This document shows positions 21,655-30,105 of a stretch of DNA of 64,000 bases, piece by piece (the stretch's first letter is position 1; every line of letters starts with the position of its first letter). A program made the translations under genes and the position numbers. Source of the DNA: Cyanophora paradoxa CCMP329 (lineage: Eukaryota > Plantae > Glaucophyta); contig QPMI01000651.1 of assembly GCA_004431415.1 (NCBI GenBank), positions 1-64,000 on the forward strand. Direction: 5' to 3'. Below the pieces are notes generated by a model. It saw nothing but the letters and a program-made list of their open reading frames with translations. It was not told where the DNA came from and did not search any database.

Positions 21655-23022
21655 TTACAGATTAATTCGTCGGAGACCATCTTTGTCAACAATAATGAAA
21701 CTGTGCATGAGAGCACGAACATTAACTGTGAGTGCCTTGTCAGAAGGCATGTATAGAGTGAGGAAAGAAGAGGAGGAGTTCGTGAGATCAACATATCCAG
21801 ACTGGGCAATGTTGCGAATCGCTTTCTCTCCATCCACACAGAATGGTAGACCACTGAGGACATATTTGTCTGCAACCTTGTCCATATTCGAGCACTTGAA
21901 GGCATCCGCAATTAATTCGGCACCTTTGAGGAGAGGGATGGGCTCAGTAGCATAGAGACGTTGACCATTAATTTCAACAGTGAAAGTAATGTCTTTCGAG
22001 TTAGCATACGTTTTCAGAACACTGTGAGCACCAGTAGCACTATCAATACCTTCATAATCACGAACTGAAACAAGAAGACCATAGACAAGACCCGAGATCT
22101 GTGACAGATTAATACGATTGGGTTGCGCATTGCCTTTTGCAGCGAAATTGATGCTATCAACGAATCCAATATCCAGAGCAGGGATAGCCATACCAGTGGT
22201 CTTCACCTTCTCAATGACAGTAGCAAACAGCTCATCAGAAACATTAATAGCATGCATGTAAAGACGAGGAGAAGTGACTTTAATTTCAGGGGTTGTTCCA
22301 GAGATGGTGAAAGTGGTGATCTGTTGACCTACATGGGCAAGGGTTCCATCTGTGAAATTTCCAAGTCCATCATCAGCAGTTGCATCAACAGTTCCAACAG
22401 CAGTTGTAAGTTCACGACCACCATAAGAAGTCTCAACATAACCCTTTCCAGCATCCTTGAACCAGACAGTTACCACCATTTCTCCTGAGAGAGCACCAAG
22501 AGGGAGGTAGTGGTTTAGCCATGGGACGGGGATTTCAACAAAGAATGAACCACCAAGTCGGTTGGTTCCATGAGCAGGGATACCATGAACCATACCCATT
22601 GAACGCTTCTTTTTGGCGAGTTGATCCTCCGAATAATAGACAAGAGGGAAATGAGCAAGGAAATCAGAAGGCACATGGAATGTGTAAGATCCATAGGTAA
22701 TTTCAAGTCGAGAGACAAGAGCACCAACTGGGCGAACGTATCCATTGCGAACAAGGTCGGTATCACCAGCAAAAGTGATGGCTGGAAGGTCAAAGGCAAG
22801 TTCGAGTTTTCCACAGAAATTGTAGCGAGGGAGCTTGAAAGAAATGCGATTTCCAGCATTATTCTCGAAAGTGTTGCTTGGGTTCACAACAACAAGAACT
22901 GGCTTCGACTTGGATTCAAGACCAAGCATGAGAGAGTTGTCCAGGAAGAACGCCTTGGCTTCTTCCGGGGTTGTTAGAGCTTCTTTCAGAGAAAGACGTT
23001 GGAGGGTCGAAGTAATATCCAT
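21655..23022 (-). CDS. Major capsid protein (double jelly roll, PLV type)
   Basis: 455 aa from MDITS, beta-rich (ISFKLPR..F..KLELAFDLP; LVSRLEITYG), located between penton and ATPase, highly conserved in element 2. Confidence 0.85.
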   Translation of the reverse strand: MDITSTLQRLSLKEALTTPEEAKAFFLDNSLMLGLESKSKPVLVVVNPSNTFENNAGNRISFKLPRYNFCGKLELAFDLPAITFAGDTDLVRNGYVRPVGALVSRLEITYGSYTFHVPSDFLAHFPLVYYSEDQLAKKKRSMGMVHGIPAHGTNRLGGSFFVEIPVPWLNHYLPLGALSGEMVVTVWFKDAGKGYVETSYGGRELTTAVGTVDATADDGLGNFTDGTLAHVGQQITTFTISGTTPEIKVTSPRLYMHAINVSDELFATVIEKVKTTGMAIPALDIGFVDSINFAAKGNAQPNRINLSQISGLVYGLLVSVRDYEGIDSATGAHSVLKTYANSKDITFTVEINGQRLYATEPIPLLKGAELIADAFKCSNMDKVADKYVLSGLPFCVDGEKAIRNIAQSGYVDLTNSSSSFLTLYMPSDKALTVNVRALMHSFIIVDKDGLRRINL

Positions 23023-23076
23023 GATTATCTCTTTTATTATACTGCAACATAAAAAATTCACCAATGATCCTTGATT

Positions 23077-24087
23077 TTACGCAAAACTCGCAATTACAGG
23101 ATAAGATGGATGGGTTTCCGCCATCCTCCTCTTGAAATATTCATACACAGGATCACCAGCAGGTTCATCACCATATCGAATTTCGAAGGTGAGGTGGACA
23201 GGTTGACCCTCGAAATCAATTGGTTCATTGACTGCATTCACAATATCAACCGAAAATGTGGAAAGTCCCAGATTCTTGTTATAGTATTTATAAATCGGAT
23301 GGGCTTCTGTCGAATTATAAACGACATGCTCACCATAATCTTTATCTGGAACAACGATTTTGTGGAAGTATCCAGTGAGGAGACCATCACCACATTGAAC
23401 CAGATCACCCAACTCCTTTACTCTCACAAACAGAACACTATCCCTGGTCTTTTCAGGTTCAAATGAAGATATGATACCATGCACCATCGACCCAGTAAAG
23501 ATACCATCAGTCAGAGTATTATAAACTTGTGATTGGATTGGGGTGTTACCATATCTCCCAGGATCAAGACCAAGCAGTCGAGCAGAACTCAAAAACCTCT
23601 GAATCTGCGCCTGGGTTGGGTTTATTGCAGTTGAGAAAGCCAGGTAAAACGGTATGGTGGAATGGAATATTACTCGTTTCAGTGTATCATCCCATTTACA
23701 GCGAATTGCTACTGGTGGCTCTCTCAATGCAAGTTTGGAGTTAATTACATTCACCAGTTGTTGGTGGTTTTGAATGGGTGTGCTGCGACTTATCACAATG
23801 TGCTTCCATTGCTCATAATCGGCAGCAGGTCGATCAGTTGGAATACCAGTGCTTCCTGCACCAGAAAGATATTCAGACCAATAAAGGTAGATTGCATTAT
23901 CAATTGTCACATCTCCTACTTTGGTTTCACCACTCACCATGGGAATGCTGTTATAGAATTCTGCTGAGACCAGTCTCACTGCTCTTACAAATTCATATGT
24001 GCTGGGGAGGCGAGCAATAAAACTCGAAGTAGGTCCATCTCCCGAAATTGTATTGAAAGAGCTCACTTCAATGTAATCCACAGGCAT
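23077..24087 (-). CDS. Minor capsid (penton-like) protein 1
   Basis: N-term F..RLP.....VRAVRLVSAEFYNS and C-term LSTFSVDIVNAVNEPIDFEGQPVHLTFEI are typical single-jelly-roll penton signatures. Confidence 0.8.
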   Translation of the reverse strand: MPVDYIEVSSFNTISGDGPTSSFIARLPSTYEFVRAVRLVSAEFYNSIPMVSGETKVGDVTIDNAIYLYWSEYLSGAGSTGIPTDRPAADYEQWKHIVISRSTPIQNHQQLVNVINSKLALREPPVAIRCKWDDTLKRVIFHSTIPFYLAFSTAINPTQAQIQRFLSSARLLGLDPGRYGNTPIQSQVYNTLTDGIFTGSMVHGIISSFEPEKTRDSVLFVRVKELGDLVQCGDGLLTGYFHKIVVPDKDYGEHVVYNSTEAHPIYKYYNKNLGLSTFSVDIVNAVNEPIDFEGQPVHLTFEIRYGDEPAGDPVYEYFKRRMAETHPSYPVIASFA

Positions 24088-24115
24088 CTTCTTTTATCTA
24101 TAAACATATATTAAA

Positions 24116-25048
24116 ATGATTCGGCTGGTCAATATAGATAGCAGAGACCGATCAGATGGACAAATAGAAAACTCCTACAAAGTTTCACTCACAACCCCAG
24201 TGACCAAACCAAGAGAATGTCGAGTTTTGTATGCAGAGATCCCCAACAGCATCTATAACTCCATTGGAACAGACCACCTTCTTGTCAGATTCTACTACCA
24301 AGGCATCTCTGAAACCAAGCAGGTCTTCCTTCTCCCAAGTGGTTACATAAATCAAGGTCATTTCGGGGTCACCACTCCATATAATTATGGTCTGAATTTC
24401 ACATTTACTGGGAGCAACAATCTCACATATGCATTCAAGGTCTACTACAACCCTACCTCCTACAAATTGGAGTTTTACAGTAATGTTCAATTCGATATGG
24501 TTGCATCTACACAGAGATTGGGTAAACTTCTTGGTGTGAGTTCAGTGGAGTGGGTGGCTTCCACTGAACAGATTTACGATTTCCCAGAGTCTGCAAGGTC
24601 TTTATATGCCCCCGAGAATTTCCTTTATTTCGCAGGAATACCAATCACCCCAAACCATCCCCAATGGGGAATCACATTCACAGGATATGAATTCGAGGCA
24701 TCTCGCTTAAACTACAAGTTAGAAGCTTCCAAGATGACAGATATGAATGCAGAACAGTATTTATACATGCACATTAAAGAACTCTCCCCATTTGCTACAA
24801 ACCACAATATTGTCCCAAGATCACAACCACAGAATCAAGGGGCGATTCTCAGATTGCAGTTAAGTAAAGATATTGGGCAGTATGTTTATCACAGTGGAGA
24901 GCACAGTGAATACATAAAAATAACCGATCGAAACCTGGTGATTAGAGAGTTAACAGTTGAGTTTCGAGATTATTATGGTGATCTTGTAGACATGAATGGG
25001 ATTGACAACTCATTCCAGTTGGAGTTTCTGGCTATTGGTAATGATTAA
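24116..25048 (+). CDS. Minor capsid (penton-like) protein 2
   Basis: NIDSRDR...YAEIPNSIYN...YLYMHIKEL...ELTVEFRDYYGDLVDMNGIDNSFQLEF. Confidence 0.8.
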   Translation: MIRLVNIDSRDRSDGQIENSYKVSLTTPVTKPRECRVLYAEIPNSIYNSIGTDHLLVRFYYQGISETKQVFLLPSGYINQGHFGVTTPYNYGLNFTFTGSNNLTYAFKVYYNPTSYKLEFYSNVQFDMVASTQRLGKLLGVSSVEWVASTEQIYDFPESARSLYAPENFLYFAGIPITPNHPQWGITFTGYEFEASRLNYKLEASKMTDMNAEQYLYMHIKELSPFATNHNIVPRSQPQNQGAILRLQLSKDIGQYVYHSGEHSEYIKITDRNLVIRELTVEFRDYYGDLVDMNGIDNSFQLEFLAIGND

Positions 25049-25298
25049 ACCGATCCTGATAGAAGAACTCTCCATCTGTCTCGAAAATATTAAGAAGGGG
25101 ACTCTTTGGATCTTCTGTATACCATCGGCGAATTGTCTTATCCCATTTAGCACCATTCCTTTTCAAGAATCTACAAAGAGTTGATCTCCTTGTAATTCGC
25201 AATCCCATCTCTTGAAAGATCTCATAATGATCTTGCATTCTATTCACAATCAAGATGTAAGTCCCATGGAAATTGTGATATTGCTGGTTAATCGGCAT
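25032..25298 (-). CDS. Small protein with DUF5710-like motif
   Basis: ATG 25298 (MPINQQ); LKRNGAKWDKTIRRWY; AAAATTGA 32 nt upstream. Confidence 0.55.
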   Translation of the reverse strand: MPINQQYHNFHGTYILIVNRMQDHYEIFQEMGLRITRRSTLCRFLKRNGAKWDKTIRRWYTEDPKSPLLNIFETDGEFFYQDRFNHYQ

Positions 25299-25330
25299 CT
25301 TTCCTTTACAGCATGATGGGAAATCGTTTG

Positions 25331-25338
25331 TCAATTTT
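25331..25338 (-). promoter_or_regulatory. AAAATTGA, Mimiviridae-type early promoter motif
   Basis: Exact motif 32 nt upstream of ATG 25298. Confidence 0.55.
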
Positions 25339-25490
25339 TGGCGAAACGAGAGTATCTCATGAGATAGATGAGAGAATAACAGGTGTGTTTTCAGGGTTGG
25401 AGAAATCGGAGAAACATAGAGTATTGCGATTTCCGAGTTAGTTGACACTGAGAAATTCAGAATTTCAGATGGTCTTACTGAAATCCGTCT

Positions 25491-25928
25491 TGTGACACCT
25501 ATTTAATTGACTGTGACGCCTCTTTAATTGACTGTGACGCCTGTGACGCCTGTGACGCCTACTTTCAAACTTTTTAAAAATTTTCAAAAATGACAGACTT
25601 CTGAAAACAGCCGTCACAGCCGTCACAGGCGTCACACCCAATTAAAAATGGAATCTATCTCTCTTACTGAGATATTCAAAAATATATTCTTGTCTTACTG
25701 AAATCCGTCTTGTGACACCTCTGACACCTACAAAACACTATCCATTAATCCACCTTTCCGAAAATGCGAAGTTGTCTTACTGGAAATGGTCTGCAATTTC
25801 GCTGTGACACCTAATTTAATTGAGTGTGACGCCTGTGACGCCTGTGACACCTACTTTCAAACTTTTTAAAATTTTCAAAAATGACAGACTTCTGAAAACA
25901 GGCGTCACAGCCGTCACAGGCGTCACAG
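25491..25928. repeat. Two further copies of the TGTGACGCC inverted iteron array, inverted relative to 16581-16730
   Basis: About 25525-25645 and 25815-25928 match the reverse complement of 16581-16709, including the AT-rich core. Confidence 0.88.
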
Positions 25929-26040
25929 ACATTCCACCCCTCTTACTGACTTTCTCAAAAACAAAACTATCTCTTACTGAATATCATTTGAATACTACCT
26001 GTCACACTTGATCTCAATTATTCTGTTTTATAGAACATAT

Positions 26041-26295
26041 GCAATCTAATCGATTGTTCAATTGGAGACCATGCAACTCTGTGACACTTTTTCGGTGCAA
26101 AAATGTAAATCCGCAATTCCATCGATTGTTTAATTGGACGTGATGCAGTTCCGATATATTCCAATAGAAAATCGCGCAATCTTCTCAATTGTTTAATTGG
26201 ACATAATGCAACTCTGTGACACTTTTTCGGTGCAAAAATGTAAATCCGCAATCCCATCGATTGTTTAATTGGACATAATGCAACTCTGTGACAGT
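26041..26295. repeat. Subterminal ~65-72-bp imperfect direct repeats (~4 units)
   Basis: Recurring GCAAT...ATTGTTTAATTGGAC..ATGCAACTCTGTGACAC. Confidence 0.8.
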
Positions 26296-26619
26296 TTTTG
26301 CGTTTTCCGATACAAAATGGGCGGTGGTCTACTTCAATACCGATGAGATATATCGAGTTTATGCGAATTTATGCGAATTTATGCGAATTAATCGCGATTA
26401 TATCGTTCTTTAAGTAGTTTAATGTTAATCAATCGAAGTTATATATGTAATCGACAAAGAACATAATCTATCGATATTATATCGATTGAATCAATCGTGA
26501 ATATGCATTAAATTAAACGCGTTTATCATTTTTAATACAAAATTTGCATTAATTTATACAAAGTTTGCATAAAAAGTTAAAGAAATTAATCGATAAATAT
26601 GTATTTTAGTATTAAATTA

Positions 26620-26714
26620 ACACATATTGAAAAACGAATTTAAATCCAGAGTGAATCGAGATCGCGAAGCGATCGAGATGAACGAGGGATTTAAATTCGT
26701 TTTTCAATATGTGT
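26620..26714 (+). repeat. Right terminal hairpin of element 1
   Basis: Perfect 28-bp stem 26620-26647 / 26687-26714. The 39-nt loop folds further via three tandem GA:GA mismatches to a GC-GAA-GC tip. Confidence 0.93.
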
Positions 26715-27029
26715 CTACATGTATATAGCAAGCGTCACAAATTCGAATTCGTATCTGAAGCGCTCGGAACTCAGGTTTCGTTTGTTCGGTTTCCACGGTA
26801 TACGGCTGCGCTTCCGCTTGCTACCTGGCCGCTTCCTTTATCGGTACTTTATCAGCCGCTTTCCTTTATTCGCGATCGTACTGATCATGAATCCATGAAT
26901 GTAGATAACCCCTCGGCAATTCCCTCTTATAGCCGAGTGTGGTTCGTAACTGGCCCTCTAGCATGCGCATGACTAGTACTTGTAATTTGCTATAACTTTC
27001 TCCCTACATTGTATAATCAAGCCTAACTA

Positions 27030-27860
27030 GTACTCCCCCCCGAAGCGGATGTTGTCGTCGATACGCGTGACCGGTGGTCTACCACGAACACTCTTGATGT
27101 GTACGCCAAGTGCTCGGTAAGAGGGATATACACGATTACGCTTTCTCGCACGATTGTCTCGCCCTTACACCTTGCACCTGACTTCCGCACTCGCTCGCGA
27201 TTGCAGGTCCCCATCACGCTGAACGACGGGGTGCGTTGCTATACATATATATCCTAGCTGTAGGCATGGGTTCTCATCACGACGCTACGGTCCGGCCGAG
27301 CCGCTGGAAACAGCGTCGCGTTGGGAGGGGGGCACCCCCTTCGAATTCCTGCCTGGCCGGAACTATCCGAGCAACAAAAGTTTTCTAATTGCGACGCCGC
27401 AGTGGTGCCTTCGGATCAACCGTACAGACAACAAGCTTTTCAGTGTGAGTGAAGGGTTGACTTCGTTGGCTTACGTTGCAATTGTGCTGATTCCAAAGGG
27501 AGATGGCAATGAACACTTGGGGCATCGTCGGGAACAACGCCTCGCCGACGGGGACCGGTACGGGAACAAATAGTCCATTCAACAACGTCGGCCAGGTCAA
27601 CAATCTGCATGCTCGGCAGCGCAGCGGATCGATGGCCCGATTGATTCTGTGATCACAGGCGATGCACACGTTCGCTCTCACCGCTTCTACCGCCGTTCTC
27701 TTCGGTGCAAGTGCGAAGAGCGATCACGAGAGTGCACTCATGATGTGGCTGGGAAAGCGAAGCCCCAACCACCGCGTCCAGCCCGGCTGCAGCGGGGATG
27801 GATATGGGGCAAATTGCGGCCTCGCGTCGAGCTACAAGCCTCTCGTCGGTTCGTGTTATG
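27030..27860 (+). CDS. Probable short host exons between the two elements
   Basis: GC-rich stretches bounded by AG/GT, e.g. cag|VPITLNDG|gtgc and tag|AWVLITTLRSGRAAGNSVALGGG. Same style as 57200-64000; exact model unresolved. Confidence 0.4.
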
Positions 27861-28171
27861 TACGGCTGCAAGACACTGATAATGATCATGAGCTTCCCCG
27901 AATGTTTTCGAGGAAACTCGTGACTGACTGACCTTGGCACGGACTTGGCACGTGACTGACCTGCTGTGTTAGGTGGTTCTTCGTTTCCTCGCTGGCTCGG
28001 GCACAATCTTGGAGAAGTCATGTTTGCGGTAAGTAGACTTGGTAACGTAGATTCGTGTTGAGATGAAATCGCTAAATGGCTTTTTCGTCGATCTGCAGCA
28101 TCCCTGCATAACCTCTGGGGATCGCTTAGCCTGTGATAACTGGGTAGCACAGGAGCAATACGTCATCCGTG

Positions 28172-28326
28172 ACACATAGGGATACCCCTGATCCAAGCCC
28201 TCCGGCCTTCGGCCTACAGGCTTGGATCAGGGGTATCCCTATGTGTGCGCGTTTCAGGTACTAGGGTAGTAAGCATTTATTTCAGGTCTTAGGGTATTAT
28301 TCATGTCTTTTTGGCACCAGTAGGGG
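28172..28326. repeat. Left TIR of element 2 with terminal hairpin
   Basis: Perfect 28-bp stem 28172-28199 / 28219-28246. 28181-28326 matches the reverse complement of 56661-56806 with about 14 mismatches. Confidence 0.93.
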
Positions 28327-28356
28327 TTTAGAAAGAATTTCCAACGCCCTCAACAT

Positions 28357-29200
28357 TTATGGCAAAGGGTCACTTCCTCCAATGGGATTGTATAAATTTG
28401 TGGTTAGATATTGACCATATCTATTTCCTCTGGCTATTTCATCATTTCTTTCAGCATACATTATCACTGTGTAAGTCCCTTGCTGGGTAGCTCTTATAAT
28501 ATATTGGTCATCTTGTGTGTCAAGAAGTGGCAGTGAATGGAAAGCAAGTCCGAAATTATCTACTGGGACTACTTGGACAGTAATACGGGGTCTTGCTCCA
28601 TCTGTTCTTCTACATAATGCGTAAATATCAGCAGGCAACGTCTCAGTATATCTATAATGATTTCCCAAAGGCTCTAAAACATCAAGAACAGCAGTCTGAA
28701 GGTTGATAATGATTGTGTTGATTTTGATAATGTAAGGCTCATTCATTCCCGGGACATATGTCCTGATTCTTGTATTCAGATCATCTGGATTGGGTTGATC
28801 ATTTACTAATAAAGGCGCTCCAATAATTCCACCAACCCTTAAACCATCTCCAATATAGGCACCTCCTGACCTACATTTAATTGCTCCCTTCTTGCTTCGT
28901 AGGCAAAATTGGTTACCTTGTTATCATCATTGTAGCTGTCAGGATCCCATGAAATGCGTTGAAATTCGCATTTGTTACAAGAAGTTTAGTAGTTTTAACG
29001 ACCCCATTATTTTTGTCACATCTTAACTCTTTTAGTCTTAGCATGTGAGTGTCACCAAAAGTATTCAGAGTTGGGGCTATCTCTGTGGATTCGAGACCAT
29101 CAATATTATCAATAATAGCATGCTGTAAGACGTGGTTAGCTGGAGCAGCTAATGATAGTTGCGCTGTTAAAATGCGCTCTGGTGGTGCTGGTGCTGCCAT
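28357..29200 (-). CDS. Putative virion/fibre-associated protein A (frameshifted)
   Basis: ORFs 28913-29200 and 28357-28746 are collinear with 618-1447. Confidence 0.75.
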
Positions 29201-29219
29201 TTAATATACTGAAACATAA

Positions 29220-30065
29220 TTACGGAATGGGATCATTCGGAAATGGTTCATTGTAGAAATTCGAGACCTGCGAATCAGGATTTATACAGTTGGCAACAGC
29301 CCATGCTGCTTCATCATTACGATATCCAAAAATTAAAATATCATAACCCCCTACCTCTGATGCCCAAAAATCGAAACTGTTTGGTTGTGTGGCAAGATTT
29401 CTTGTGATCCATCCACGCCCACCATGGCCTACTGCTTGAACAAAGAAAGTATAACCTTCTAATCCTCCATTCTGAGAGCGACACATAGAATACATTGCCT
29501 TTGGTAGAAGCTGATTAGCCAATTTCCAAGGTCCAGCAATACCTTGGGGTTGTGTGGCATTTTGCGTATTTACATTAGCTCTAATGATACCAAAAGCATA
29601 CGGGGAATCCCCGCATGGAAGAAACATGCGAATTCTTTGGGGATTATCAGCATGTTCAGGTAAAGTGTCCGGAAAATCATTAAAGGCAGCAGAAGAGCCA
29701 AGCATTCCCGATACTCTACAGCCACCACCAATTATTGCTCCTCCTGATCTTATAACAGCAGCAGCCCTTGTATTGTCAAATTCAAATGCTTTGATATCTA
29801 CACCGTACGCATCAGGTTGTCCATTTGCTGATTGAAAATTCGCATTCGTTACAAGGAGCTGAGTTGTTTTTACCACACCCGAATTTTTATCCGCGCGTAG
29901 TTCTTTTACACGAATCATGCTGTTTTTATCAAAAGCATTACCAGAATTGGCTCGTTCTGTGGATTCAAGTCCACGAATTTCATCAGACACTTCGTGTTGT
30001 CTAAAATGAATTGCTGGACTCCCCAATGCGTAAACTGGTAATTGGACTCGATTATATTCGCCCAT
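29220..30065 (-). CDS. Putative virion/fibre-associated protein B
   Basis: Intact 281-aa ORF, orthologue of 1471-2317. Confidence 0.85.
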   Translation of the reverse strand: MGEYNRVQLPVYALGSPAIHFRQHEVSDEIRGLESTERANSGNAFDKNSMIRVKELRADKNSGVVKTTQLLVTNANFQSANGQPDAYGVDIKAFEFDNTRAAAVIRSGGAIIGGGCRVSGMLGSSAAFNDFPDTLPEHADNPQRIRMFLPCGDSPYAFGIIRANVNTQNATQPQGIAGPWKLANQLLPKAMYSMCRSQNGGLEGYTFFVQAVGHGGRGWITRNLATQPNSFDFWASEVGGYDILIFGYRNDEAAWAVANCINPDSQVSNFYNEPFPNDPIP

Positions 30066-30105
30066 TGCTTCTTTTACTAAGAAGGATAGAAAAATAAACG
30101 AATAT

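Larger units (their letters stand above)
1..26714. mobile_element. Endogenous Polinton-like virus, element 1 (left end outside window)
   Basis: AT-rich, intronless gene block with MCP, 2 pentons, A32 ATPase, pPolB, rve integrase and primase-SF3 helicase. It ends at a 28-bp-stem hairpin (26620-26714), after which composition shifts to GC-rich host DNA. Confidence 0.92.

Noticed and set aside
26041-26295. Repeat-spacer-like pattern as a mini CRISPR
   Set aside because: The intervening sequences are themselves repeated, so these are ordinary imperfect tandem repeats.
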